Source: Coleofasciculus sp. B1-GNL1-01
GTDB taxonomy: Bacteria; Cyanobacteriota; Cyanobacteriia; Cyanobacteriales; Coleofasciculaceae
DNA length: 64,000 bases
Direction: 5' to 3' (one strand)
Assembly (NCBI GenBank): GCA_040220235.1
Contig: JAVJTO010000164.1
Within the stretch, counting starts at the first letter, position 1; each line of letters opens with the position of its first letter. This document shows positions 1 to 9,866 of the stretch, piece after piece. The notes under the pieces are model-generated. The model was given only the letters and a program-made list of their open reading frames with translations, searched no databases and had not been told where the DNA came from. Made by a program: the position numbers and the translations under genes.

Positions 1-559
1 AGTTGTGACTCATCAAGGTTGGCAAAAAAACGGCAACGGAACTAGCCAGCTTAGAACATGGTTAGGACTAACAAAAGACAAGACAAACAAAGCTAACCAG
101 ACACCAGAGACACACGCTGTTGATGGTGTGAGCCTAGCGGCGTTTGAGTTTATTCAATGGCGGGAGCGATATTCTAAGAATGCCAAGCATGGCAACTGGG
201 AGGGTGGTGTTCATATAACACCAGCGCCGTTTACGGTAATCCGCAGACCACCTATTAACCGCCGGCAGTTGCACCTATTTGTTCCATCCAAGGGTGGCAA
301 GCGACGAAAGTATGGCGGCACGGTTACTCGTCATAGCTTCAGAAAGGGAGACAAGGTTGTAGCTGAAAAAGCCGGAAAAACCTATACGGGCTGGTGTTCT
401 GGAGACACCAAAACACAGGTTTCTGTTTCTAACGGAAACTGGAAACGAATTGGGCAGTTTACTGCCAAAAAAGTCAGGTTGTTGCAGCGAAGCACGGGTT
501 TAATCGTCGTGCCTTCAACTGGATTGTCAAATCTTACCACATTGAGTGGCAAGATTTGA
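1..559 (+). CDS. RRXRR-family IscB/IsrB-like RNA-guided endonuclease, C-terminal part (5' end lies outside the window)
   Basis: The frame is open from the window edge. GWQ..TSQLRTWLGL.K...PETHAVDGVSLA resembles the RuvC-III H-x-x-D segment, followed by RRQLH..PSKGGKRRKYGGT and FRKGDKV.AEKAG, as in cyanobacterial RRXRR proteins. Confidence 0.75.
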   Translation, partial: VVTHQGWQKNGNGTSQLRTWLGLTKDKTNKANQTPETHAVDGVSLAAFEFIQWRERYSKNAKHGNWEGGVHITPAPFTVIRRPPINRRQLHLFVPSKGGKRRKYGGTVTRHSFRKGDKVVAEKAGKTYTGWCSGDTKTQVSVSNGNWKRIGQFTAKKVRLLQRSTGLIVVPSTGLSNLTTLSGKI

Positions 560-642
560 CCTCTATTCCTTCGCCCATTGCTTACGCGCTACGCGCAAGC
601 TTTTCGATCGCTGAATGCGAGGTCTCACGAGGTTAGCGATGA
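526..642 (+). mobile_element. Probable right end of an IS200/IS605-superfamily (OMEGA) element
   Basis: 15-bp hairpin GTCAAATCTTACCAC-ATTGA-GTGGCAAGATTTGAC (526-560, one mismatch) overlaps the stop codon; a further small hairpin lies at 580-600. The boundary is approximate. Confidence 0.4.
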
Positions 643-749
643 ACAGTCAATCGGGCAAAGTCAGAGCGTGGTAAGATTAACTGGCTTTTGCTGTATTTAA
701 GGCAAGGCTGGGATCAATCCCAGTCGTTTATAGAATCAGGCATTAATGA

Positions 750-2042
750 ATGTCCCTAATTAGCAACAATTTCAACCGCATGAAGCAACTCGACGTTCTT
801 AAAAATTACGCCAAAGCTGTAGCGATTGGTGCTTATGACCATCATTCTCCCGGTTTATTTGGTAAACATGACAATGTTAGACGGTTATGGGAAGACCGCT
901 TTAACCGTAATGTCATGAGCCATTTTCTCAGCCCCCTCGTTATCCAGAAGCAAGACGAAGGAACTGATCTGCGGGTGATGGATTTAGGCTGTGGTGCAGG
1001 AGAAGGCTTAGGTATCCTAACAAGTTTACCCCAAACTCCGCCAACACTGGATGCTCAGATTAAGACGGTGCTGGATTATCAGGATATTGGTCACTACAAG
1101 GGTGTGGATATCAGTCCAGCGATGATTGAGAAAGCCGCGACTCTCCATGCTGACCACCCACAAACCAAGTTTGAGGTCGCCGATTTGAATGAAGGGCTAC
1201 CCATTGCTGCGGGGGAACCTGCCTACGATATCTACTTTTCTTCTTATGGGGCATTGTCACACCTCAACGATCGCTCATTAGCCAGAGTGATTGGCGATAT
1301 TTGCGACCATATAGGAAACAAAGGCATTTTTGTGGGCGATTTTCTAGCTCGCTATTCCTATGAGTGGCCCCGCTACTGGGGAGAATCGGCTGGGAAGCAA
1401 TCCACGATGAATACCTACTCGATGTCCTACATCTATCCCCCAGATGCTAGGGGCGAAATTGAGGTGGAACGATTCGAGATTCGGTATTGGGGTGGCGAGG
1501 AGTTCGATCAGTTTATCCACGCCGTAGCGGAGAGTAAAGGGGTAAAGATTTCCCGGCGACGATTGTGCGATCGCTCGATTTTGGTGGGTCGCCACATGAA
1601 TACCCGTGAATTTAATCCCGAAGCGCCCCCAATTCGAGCGGCGATTAACTCTCTACATGAAATTAACTGTCGCACCGATTTGTCTCAGTTAATTTTTAAG
1701 TACAATCCCCATCCGGATCATCCTCACATCAATCGCTTCTTCTCGAATTTTCAAGATGCTTGGAATGCAGTCGTTTATGCCTGCATTGAGGCTCTAGATC
1801 AGTGGCGCAACCCTCATAAGTTACTTGCTGAACCGCAAGCGGGTTATCCTCCTGTTGTCCAAGACGCGATCCGCACAATTCGCAACGTGGTACGCACAGC
1901 ACCGACACTGTGTTTTGAAGACCCTAGAGCCAATTTAGTTGAACCCCAACTTGCCTATTTGTTGCGGAATCTAGAGTGGAACCTACAGCAAGGTTTGGGA
2001 ACTGCCCATGGACTGTTAGTCGTCTATGAGTTTTCAAAATAA
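750..2042 (+). CDS. Class I SAM-dependent methyltransferase
   Basis: Motif I VMDLGCGAGEG, then GVDISPAMIEKA and FEVADLN; 430 aa; alternative start at 780. Confidence 0.85.
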   Translation: MSLISNNFNRMKQLDVLKNYAKAVAIGAYDHHSPGLFGKHDNVRRLWEDRFNRNVMSHFLSPLVIQKQDEGTDLRVMDLGCGAGEGLGILTSLPQTPPTLDAQIKTVLDYQDIGHYKGVDISPAMIEKAATLHADHPQTKFEVADLNEGLPIAAGEPAYDIYFSSYGALSHLNDRSLARVIGDICDHIGNKGIFVGDFLARYSYEWPRYWGESAGKQSTMNTYSMSYIYPPDARGEIEVERFEIRYWGGEEFDQFIHAVAESKGVKISRRRLCDRSILVGRHMNTREFNPEAPPIRAAINSLHEINCRTDLSQLIFKYNPHPDHPHINRFFSNFQDAWNAVVYACIEALDQWRNPHKLLAEPQAGYPPVVQDAIRTIRNVVRTAPTLCFEDPRANLVEPQLAYLLRNLEWNLQQGLGTAHGLLVVYEFSK

Positions 2043-2078
2043 TCCTTGACATTGTTGCCTTTTTTGACTAAGGAACGA

Positions 2079-2263
2079 GTAGAGATGTTCGGTGCAACGT
2101 CTCTACCGCACTCACTTTGTCAGGGGAGGGAACAGGGAAAAGGAACAAGCCATTGATGGTTAAAAGATGTATACTCAAGAATATAGAAATGTATACTACT
2201 TATTTGATTTTAAAGGAGACCTCATATCCGTTAGGGTAGAGACGCGCCATGGCGCGTCTCTAC
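2079..2263. repeat. Two GTAGAGA(C/T)G...CGTCTCTAC REP-like palindromes (2079-2106, 2236-2263)
   Basis: GTAGAGACGCGCCATGGCGCGTCTCTAC is a perfect palindrome; relatives at 2529-2550, 15362-15385 and 47388-47415. Confidence 0.8.
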
Positions 2264-2609
2264 ATAAATGATGCGTCCTAACCGCTATGGCGATTGCTAT
2301 AACAGAAACGTTCACATCTAGCATTCACGGGCTATATTGCTCAGGACAGATATGTATTAGCTTGGCAGCTTCGCTACAAATTGTTGGCTTCAGAAAATTT
2401 GCTCTGAGCAACAAAGAGTCAGGAATTCGCCACCAAGCCAATAGCACAATTAAAGCAGTCTTATGTAGCTTGTTCTCACCGTAAATGAGCCGCATAAAAT
2501 TCCTTTTGACTTCTTTGAATGTTTAAAAGACGTAGGATGCTACGTCTCTACTTTTGAATAGCGATACTCGCTGAAAACGGTAGTGCCTTTCACATTTATC
2601 TAAACCGGG

Positions 2610-3965
2610 ATGAGCAGGCTAAACCTTATGGTTAAAATCAGTTTGTTATCTTCAACGCCGCTTTGGTTTTTCCATTTAGTTCCTTACAAAATAGGGGAAT
2701 GCTTTTTCATTAACCTACTTCCCCTATTTATTGTGCAAGTCGTTGGTGGGAGTATCACCGATGTAGGTAAAACCAATTCCTTAGTCTCCCTGGCTGGTGT
2801 GGTTGCTTTTATCCTGTGGGGAAATCTCTCTGACCGATTAGGATGCCGTCGCCCGTTTCTAATTCTGGGATATGTCGGATTTGCGTTGTGTATGTGGCGG
2901 ATTGGTGTGGCAGACAATCTGGTTCAAGTGCAGCAATTCAGTATAGCGGCAGGATTTGTGATGGCAGCCATTATTCCTGTATCAACTGCCCTGGTATTAG
3001 ACACGATTCCCGAAAAACAATGGTCTCAATCATTTGGTCGGTTTTATTTAATTGGGGGTTGGAGTTTTGTTCTCGCTTTAATTGGCGGCGGGATTTGGCA
3101 AGAACTTGTCTCGGATTCGTGGGGTACTGTCTCAGCGATGCGAAGTTTATTTGTTTTTGCATCTGGGGCAACATTTCTCAGCTTAATTCTCTGTTTAATC
3201 TGGGTACAGGAACCGCAGCAGGTTCGTTCCAATCGTCTATTTAGCCCATCGTTACTGGGACGACTCTCTGTCGGTGTGATTGAACGGCGAGTGCTGTTTT
3301 ATCCATCCCGGATGATTTACTTTATCCTAGCTCCAAAGTGGTTAAATCAGGTTCATCAAAAACTCTATAGTCCCCTGAATCTTTATTACCTTTGTTCGGC
3401 TCTATTTTTTCTAGCCGTTCAAATTGTCTATCTTCCCTTCCCGATTTTTCTGGCTGAGGTTTTGGGAGCGACCAATTCCTTGATTTTCTTAATTATTTTT
3501 GGCAAGGCGTTGATTGAGGCATTTCTCTATTTCCCCATCGGTCGGTTCGTGCAAAACCATGACAGCATTAGATGGCAAACTCTAGGAACAGCCGTGCGGG
3601 TGGCAGTTTTTATTGTTTTTACCCTTCTGGCATTTTTAAAGCCAACACCAGCGAGTTTAGTGATGATTGGATTTGCTCATCTGTTTACGGGTTTGACCTG
3701 GGCTGTGATTAATGTTGCTAGTACCCTTTCAGTAGCAAGTCTGGCAACCAAAGGTGAGGAAGGAATGGCGTTGGGAGTCTATAATTCAATTATCGGAGTG
3801 GCAACAATGGTGGGGTCTCTTGTCAGTGGCTATTTAGCAGCACGTTTTGGATATAGTGTTTGTTTTGCCACGGGTACAGTGTTGACAGGTTTAACGGTTG
3901 TTTGTTTTTGGTTACTTGAATTGATTATACACAGTCACCATAGAAAAGTTCTGTCATTTCGATGA
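2610..3965 (+). CDS. MFS transporter
   Basis: About 12 hydrophobic segments; MFS motif A WGNLSDRLGCRRPF. Confidence 0.9.
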   Translation: MSRLNLMVKISLLSSTPLWFFHLVPYKIGECFFINLLPLFIVQVVGGSITDVGKTNSLVSLAGVVAFILWGNLSDRLGCRRPFLILGYVGFALCMWRIGVADNLVQVQQFSIAAGFVMAAIIPVSTALVLDTIPEKQWSQSFGRFYLIGGWSFVLALIGGGIWQELVSDSWGTVSAMRSLFVFASGATFLSLILCLIWVQEPQQVRSNRLFSPSLLGRLSVGVIERRVLFYPSRMIYFILAPKWLNQVHQKLYSPLNLYYLCSALFFLAVQIVYLPFPIFLAEVLGATNSLIFLIIFGKALIEAFLYFPIGRFVQNHDSIRWQTLGTAVRVAVFIVFTLLAFLKPTPASLVMIGFAHLFTGLTWAVINVASTLSVASLATKGEEGMALGVYNSIIGVATMVGSLVSGYLAARFGYSVCFATGTVLTGLTVVCFWLLELIIHSHHRKVLSFR

Positions 3966-4006
3966 TCAAGATGTAGTCAATGCCTGGAATAAATTGCTTA
4001 AGAAAT

Positions 4007-4157
4007 AGCCGAGAACTAAAGTTCTGGCTAAAAGCTAAAACCCGTTAAAACGGGTTTAAAGACTTACCTTGTTAGCTACCTCCTTTATATTCTAGTCCGC
4101 GTATATTCTAGTCCGCGCAGGCGGACTTTGTTTGTGTAGCTGCGACTTCCAGTCGCC
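4007..4157. repeat. Cluster of palindromic dispersed repeats between convergent genes
   Basis: AGCCGAGAACTAAAGTTCTGGCT, AACCCGTTAAAACGGGTT, AGTCCGCGCAGGCGGACT and GCGACTTCCAGTCGC hairpins; TATATTCTAGTCCGCG is duplicated. Confidence 0.6.
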
Positions 4158-4188
4158 ATGGCAAAAAGGGGGTTTCTGAACTGATACT

Positions 4189-4395
4189 CTATGACTCTTC
4201 TGACACTTGCTCTAATTCTCGCAGCGCCTGTTGACCTGCACCAACGGCTAATCCCATCACCCCGCCAATTGTGGCATATTGAGACATGGCATTGGGTCGC
4301 TGATCGGCATGATTAATTTCAGCCACGCCGATGCCTAAGATTACACCCGCAATGCCAGTGATAATGCTGGAGAAAATAATTCGCTTACTATTCAT
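4189..4395 (-). CDS. Small two-TM membrane protein, hypothetical
   Basis: 68 aa, two Gly-rich hydrophobic helices, AGGGAAA upstream of the ATG. Confidence 0.7.
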   Translation of the reverse strand: MNSKRIIFSSIITGIAGVILGIGVAEINHADQRPNAMSQYATIGGVMGLAVGAGQQALRELEQVSEES

Positions 4396-4577
4396 TTTCC
4401 CTAACCTAAACTTAAAAAAACTGTAGTAATTTGCTGTATTCTACGTTTACATTTACCAAAGATTAGGGAAACTGGAGTTCTCAAGCCAATTTTTGCAACA
4501 AAATTATGGCTTTGTTAACATTAGATAATTTTTGTTCATCGTTTTTGATGAATTTGGCGGCATTCCTTTAACGAATA

Positions 4578-7500
4578 TTACCGCATTGTTACTTCAGGCT
4601 TCGGCTCAAGTTCTTTTGTCTGCGGTGTCTTCTGGTTTTTGCCAGGGGAATTAAATAAGCGATCGCTCCCCGATTTGATCACAATATAGAGGATAGGAAC
4701 CACAAATAGACTCAGGAACGTGGCGACAAACATTCCCCCGAACACCGCCGTTCCCAGGGATTGACGGCTTCCTGATCCTGCACCCGTCGCAATCACCAGA
4801 GGGAAAATCCCGAACAATGTAGAAATCGCCGTCATCAAAATCGGTCGTAAACGTTGCTGCGCCGCCTCAATCGCCGCTTTCCTCAGCGTCAACCCTTGGT
4901 CGCGTAGCTGGTTGGCAAATTCTACAATCAGAATCGAGTTCTTACTGGCTAAACCAATCAGCATCACCAAGCCAATCTGACAATAGACATCATTGGGTAA
5001 ACCCCGCAACGATTGCGCCAATAACGCCCCTAAAATCGCCAGAGGAACCGCCAAGAGAATAATAATCGGGTCGATATAACTTTCGTATTGAGCCGCCAAC
5101 ACCAAGAAGACAAACACTAAGCCAAAGCCGAAAATAATCGTCGCTTGACCGCCAGACTGGATTTCCTCCAGGGATAATCCAGACCATTCATAGCCTAATC
5201 CTGGCGGTAATACCTCAGCAGCGACTTCTTCCATGGCTTGAATCGCGTCTCCCGAACTGACTCCTTGCGCGGCTGACCCATTAATCTCAATTGAGCGGAA
5301 CAAGTTATAGTGATTAATGGTTTGCGCCCCTGTGGTTTGCGTCACCGTGACCAAATTCCCCAAGGGAATCATTTCATCTCGTTCGGAACGCACATAGAGT
5401 TGATTAATATCCTCAGGATTTGAGCGGAATTGGGCGTCAGCTTGAACATAAACCCGATAGGTGCGTCGTTCCAGGGTAAAGTCATTCACATAACGCGACC
5501 CTAAATAGGTCTGCAACGTATCAAAGATATCATCAATATCCACCTCCAACGCCTTCGCCCGGTTACGATTCACCTCAATCTGTAACTGGGGGGTATTGGC
5601 TTGATAAAAACTCACTACCTGCTCTAACTGGGGATTCTGATTCGCCGCACCTAGCAATTTCCCCATATTTTCAATCAACGTCTCTAAGCTAAAATTACCT
5701 CGGCGGTCTTGCAGTTGAAATTGGAAGCCGTTAACACTACCTAATCCCCGAATGGAAGGTGGGTTAAAAGGCAAGACTCTGGCTTCTTTAATCCCAAATA
5801 AAGCACCCCGGACTTTATTAATAATCGCTTCGGCAGATTGAGACGGATCAGTTCGTTCTGACCAAGGCTTCAGCGTGGTAAAAACGACACCACTATTCGC
5901 CGTATTGCCACTAAAGCTAAAACCACCCACGGCAAACGTAGCTCTGATTTCATCCAAGGGTAAAATAATATCTTCAATCTGCTCAATCACATCATGAGTG
6001 TAGTTGAGTGACGAACCTTCCGGTCCTTGAACAATCGTAATAAAATAACCTTGGTCTTCATCGGGGAGAAACGCACCTGGAACCTTATCGTAAACCCAAG
6101 TTGTTACTGCTAATAAACCAATAAACACCACAATCACCAGGGTTTTCACGCGAGTTAGGATAATCAAAACTCGCCGATATCGCCGCTGCATTCCGTCTAA
6201 GAACCGATTAAATCCGTCAAACAAGTGACCCCAAAACCCCGTCGCCTCTGGCTTTTGCCGCAAGATTAAGCCAGAAAGGGTTGGCGTCAATGTCAGCGCC
6301 ATAAATGTGGAAACGGCAATTGAAAAGGCAATGGTTAACGCAAATTGTCGGTATAACGCCCCCGTTGTTCCGGGGAAGAAAGCGACGGGAATAAACACCG
6401 CCATTAACACCAATGACGTAGCAATAATTGCCCCCACCAATTCCCGCATGGAAATAATCGCCGCTTGTCGAGACTTAATCCCGCCACGTTGAATCTTTGT
6501 GGTGATATCTTCAACCACCACAATCGCATCATCCACCACCATCCCTGTGGCTAAGGTCAACCCAAATAAGGTCAAACTGTTAATCGAAAAATCAAAAATC
6601 TTGACAAAGGCAAACGTACCAATTAAGGATACCGGAATTGTAATTGCGGGAATAATCGTAGTACGCCAATCCTGTAAAAAGACAAAAATAACCAACACCA
6701 CCAATCCCACCGCTTTAAACAGCGTGAATATCACTTCCGAGAGGGACTGATTCACATAATCGGTCGTATCAAATCCAATATCATAAGTCATCCCCGCCGG
6801 GAACTGCTGCGCCAATTTTGCCATTTCCGCTTTCACCGCAGCGGCGACTTCTAAAGCGTTACTCCCAGGAACAGCAATAATTCCCAATCCGACGGCTTCA
6901 TTTGCCCGAAATCGCAGAAACGTGCCATAACTTTGCGCCCCCAATTCCACACGTCCCACATCTTTAAGTTTAATCAGCGTGCCATCTTCATTCGTGGCTA
7001 AAATCAGTTCCTCAAAATCTGAAACCGTTTCCAAGCGACTAATTGCCCGTAAATCAATTTGATATTGCTGTCCCTCTGGCGCGGGGGGTTGACCGATACG
7101 CCCTGCGCCGACTTGGATATTCTGTTCCCGCAGTGCATCCACCACATCTTGCGCCGTCAGATTCCGACTCGCCAGACGCAGGGGGTCAAGCCAAAGCCGC
7201 ATCGCATAAGTACGTTCGCCAAAAATTTGCACATTTCCCACCCCATTCACCCGTTTTAGGGCGTCTACCAAATACAAGTCAGCGTAGTTACTTAAAAAGA
7301 GATTATCGTACTCACCATTTTCTGAGTACAAACCAAATCCCATCAGGAAATTGGTAGATTCTTTATTTACCGTCACCCCAGTTTGGAGTACAGATTCTGG
7401 TAATTGAGGTTCGGCTAAAGAGACGCGATTTTGCACATCAACTGCGGCAATATCTTGATCTTTATCTGGGGCAAAGGTGATATTAATCGAACTGGTGCCA

Positions 7501-7757
7501 TCATTGCTACTACTGGAGGTCATGTAGCGCATTCCATCAACACCATTAATTGACCGTTCTAAGATAGTCGTTACGGCATTTTCCACGGTTTGAGCATCAG
7601 CACCGTTATAGTTCGCCTGGACACTAACTTGTTTGGGACTAATATCGGGATATTGGGCAACGGGAAGCGTGGGAATACTAATTGCTCCGATTAACAGGAC
7701 AATCAGGGAGCAAACAGTTGTAAATACAGGTCGTTTAATAAAAAATTCGACAAACAT
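4578..7757 (-). CDS. RND efflux permease (AcrB/HAE1 family)
   Basis: 1059 aa; FFIKRPVF N-terminus, [33 protein letters not shown]. Confidence 0.97.
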   Translation of the reverse strand: MFVEFFIKRPVFTTVCSLIVLLIGAISIPTLPVAQYPDISPKQVSVQANYNGADAQTVENAVTTILERSINGVDGMRYMTSSSSNDGTSSINITFAPDKDQDIAAVDVQNRVSLAEPQLPESVLQTGVTVNKESTNFLMGFGLYSENGEYDNLFLSNYADLYLVDALKRVNGVGNVQIFGERTYAMRLWLDPLRLASRNLTAQDVVDALREQNIQVGAGRIGQPPAPEGQQYQIDLRAISRLETVSDFEELILATNEDGTLIKLKDVGRVELGAQSYGTFLRFRANEAVGLGIIAVPGSNALEVAAAVKAEMAKLAQQFPAGMTYDIGFDTTDYVNQSLSEVIFTLFKAVGLVVLVIFVFLQDWRTTIIPAITIPVSLIGTFAFVKIFDFSINSLTLFGLTLATGMVVDDAIVVVEDITTKIQRGGIKSRQAAIISMRELVGAIIATSLVLMAVFIPVAFFPGTTGALYRQFALTIAFSIAVSTFMALTLTPTLSGLILRQKPEATGFWGHLFDGFNRFLDGMQRRYRRVLIILTRVKTLVIVVFIGLLAVTTWVYDKVPGAFLPDEDQGYFITIVQGPEGSSLNYTHDVIEQIEDIILPLDEIRATFAVGGFSFSGNTANSGVVFTTLKPWSERTDPSQSAEAIINKVRGALFGIKEARVLPFNPPSIRGLGSVNGFQFQLQDRRGNFSLETLIENMGKLLGAANQNPQLEQVVSFYQANTPQLQIEVNRNRAKALEVDIDDIFDTLQTYLGSRYVNDFTLERRTYRVYVQADAQFRSNPEDINQLYVRSERDEMIPLGNLVTVTQTTGAQTINHYNLFRSIEINGSAAQGVSSGDAIQAMEEVAAEVLPPGLGYEWSGLSLEEIQSGGQATIIFGFGLVFVFLVLAAQYESYIDPIIILLAVPLAILGALLAQSLRGLPNDVYCQIGLVMLIGLASKNSILIVEFANQLRDQGLTLRKAAIEAAQQRLRPILMTAISTLFGIFPLVIATGAGSGSRQSLGTAVFGGMFVATFLSLFVVPILYIVIKSGSDRLFNSPGKNQKTPQTKELEPKPEVTMR

Positions 7758-7764
7758 TTTTTAG

Positions 7765-7890
7765 GGGAACAGGGAATGGGGAACAGGGAACAGGGAATAG
7801 GCAACAGGCAATAGGCAATAGGCAATAGGCAATAGGCAATAGGCAATAGGCAATAGGCAATAGGCAATAGGCAATAGGCAACAGGCAACA
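7765..7890. repeat. STRR heptamer tandem array (GGGAACA/GGCAATA, 18 units)
   Basis: Ten perfect GGCAATA units at 7807-7876, flanked by GGGAA(C/T)(A/G) and GGCAACA variants. Confidence 0.95.
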
Positions 7891-7895
7891 GGGAT

Positions 7896-8012
7896 GTAGG
7901 GGCGGGTTGTACCGATAAATTATGGCTACGCAGTGACAATTTGACTAAACCCGCCCTTCTAAATGCAAAGGGAACAAACAAATGACAAATGACCAATGAC
8001 AAATGACCAATG
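7896..8012. repeat. GTAGGGGCGGGTT...AAACCCGCCCT REP-like inverted pair followed by an ACAAATG/ACCAATG STRR array
   Basis: Inverted arms at 7896-7957; heptamers at 7978-8012. Confidence 0.85.
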
Positions 8013-8020
8013 AGCAATAA

Positions 8021-9472
8021 CTAAGAATCTGGCATAATCGGAGCGCCATCAGACAAATTAAGGATACCGGAGACAACGATTGTATCGCCAGGTTCTATCC
8101 CCTCGATAACTTGGTATCGATTCCCTTGTATACCACCCAACGTCACAGGGCGTTGCTTGGCGATGAGTTCAGGTGCGCCCGGTTTAACTTCCTCCGGCGG
8201 TTGTGCTACAAACACAAAAGGTTTTCCCGCCAGACGCGATACAGCATTAACCGGAATTAACACGCCTGGACGTTTTTCCCAGATGACTCGTGCATCCACT
8301 TTCTGTTGATCGTACAGGCGACCATTTGGATTAGAAAATGTGGCTTTTGTCAAGAGAGTTTGAGTATTTTTATCCACTTGCGGTGAGATAAAGCTAATCC
8401 GCCCTGTTGCGATCGCAGGTTCAGTATCTGGGATACCTTGATTTCGCAACTCAACAGTGAGTCCCTGACGCATCCTTTCTTTGTCCTGTTCGTCAATCGG
8501 GATTTCGACTTCTAGGGTTTGGTTTTGAGTAATGGTGGTTAGAGTATCGCCCACATTTACATAGTCTCCCACTTTGACGGGAATATCCCCAACCACTCCA
8601 TCAATGGGAGCGACGACGCGATTCGATTGCAAATCTTCCTCCTCTACCGCCACATCCGCCCTTGCACTAGATAAGTTAGCAGCGACTCTAGCTTCCGTGG
8701 CTTGAGCCGCTTTGACTCGTTCTTGTGCGACATTCAGGGCTTCCTTGGAGGCGGCTAAGGCTTGAGCGGCTGCATCACGAGCAGCGATCGCTTGATTGCG
8801 ATCGCGTGTTTTATCATCGAGTTCTTGTCTGGGTTGAACCCCCTGAGATACCAACTGTTCAGCGCGTTGATAGTTCACCCGCGCCAGTTCTAGTTCCGCT
8901 TCTCGGCTTTGCAATTCAGCCGCTTGACGTCCCTCTTCCGCTTTGAGACGAGCAATATCGGCTTGGGCGGCTCTGACTTCCGCTTGTGCATTATTCAGGG
9001 TAGCGGTTTGTGCATTCACATTGGCGATCGCACTTCTGAGTTCCGCTTCACTGCGTTCTGGCTTCAGTTGTAGAATTAAATCTCCAGCTTGGACGCGATC
9101 GCCTGATGAAGCAACGATTCGGGTAATTCGACCCGCCGTTTCAGGTCGCAATTCTACCTTTTCTTTTGCCTCTAAGGTACTCACAAACACAGAACTGTCT
9201 TCCAGGGTACTTGATTCGACTTGCTCCAGTTTTACCGGAGTGGCTTGAGATTGCTGAGACGTTGGCGGTGAGTTATTTTGCAGTAGAAAACGCCAAGCCG
9301 CCCAACCCCCACCGCCGAAAACTAACAGGGTGAGTAACAATCCCAGCCATAATTTCGGCGTGGGTGATGATTTTCGTATGGGTTGGTCTGCCTCAGAGAT
9401 AATAGAATCCGAGGATTCCCACTCTTGGTTTGAAGGTTCAGGAATAGAGGTTTGGGAGTCGGAGGATGCCAT
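8021..9472 (-). CDS. RND efflux membrane-fusion (periplasmic adaptor) protein
   Basis: N-terminal TM, lipoyl halves (GRITRIVASSGDRVQAGD; VVAPIDGVVGDIPVKVGDYV) and a long coiled coil; co-oriented upstream of the RND permease. Start could be 9520. Confidence 0.93.
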   Translation of the reverse strand: MASSDSQTSIPEPSNQEWESSDSIISEADQPIRKSSPTPKLWLGLLLTLLVFGGGGWAAWRFLLQNNSPPTSQQSQATPVKLEQVESSTLEDSSVFVSTLEAKEKVELRPETAGRITRIVASSGDRVQAGDLILQLKPERSEAELRSAIANVNAQTATLNNAQAEVRAAQADIARLKAEEGRQAAELQSREAELELARVNYQRAEQLVSQGVQPRQELDDKTRDRNQAIAARDAAAQALAASKEALNVAQERVKAAQATEARVAANLSSARADVAVEEEDLQSNRVVAPIDGVVGDIPVKVGDYVNVGDTLTTITQNQTLEVEIPIDEQDKERMRQGLTVELRNQGIPDTEPAIATGRISFISPQVDKNTQTLLTKATFSNPNGRLYDQQKVDARVIWEKRPGVLIPVNAVSRLAGKPFVFVAQPPEEVKPGAPELIAKQRPVTLGGIQGNRYQVIEGIEPGDTIVVSGILNLSDGAPIMPDS

Positions 9473-9866
9473 AGTTGTGTTCTGATGATGGAAGTACTCG
9501 GATTTTGCGCTACAGTCCATCAGTGGATTGTGGGTTCAGATGGTGAGAACTGTCAGGCAATGCCGCCAGTCAGGAGGTAAACTTGTCCTCACCTGTTTAT
9601 ATTACTTAAGACTTGGGAAAAATATATCCTCCAGTCGGGTGTATCGAGTTGGGGAACTCCTAGTGAAAGAGGACAATCCTCACGTCCACGACAAGAGGAG
9701 CAAATTGCCAACCCATCAACGTTAAATTGAAGACGAGAAGAGGCAATAACAATGACCGAGGCATTGCAATATCTATCTTCCGCTAGATAGCTATCTCTGG
9801 AAAATACCGCTTATGATAAGCATCATGTTTAAACAATCCTTATTTTACCCTAAGGGGATCAAATAA

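Noticed and set aside
7703..8017. 104-aa ORF with (LLPIAYC)n repeats
   Set aside because: Translation of the STRR heptamer array; it overlaps the permease start
9528..9725. 65-aa ORF or possible ncRNA between divergent genes
   Set aside because: No recognisable motif, RBS or RNA family structure
9773..9790. CTATCT-N6-AGATAG upstream of the GH13 gene and CATCC-N5-GGATG (15385-15399) upstream of glgA as a shared operator
   Set aside because: Arms and spacing differ between the two and are short enough to arise by chance
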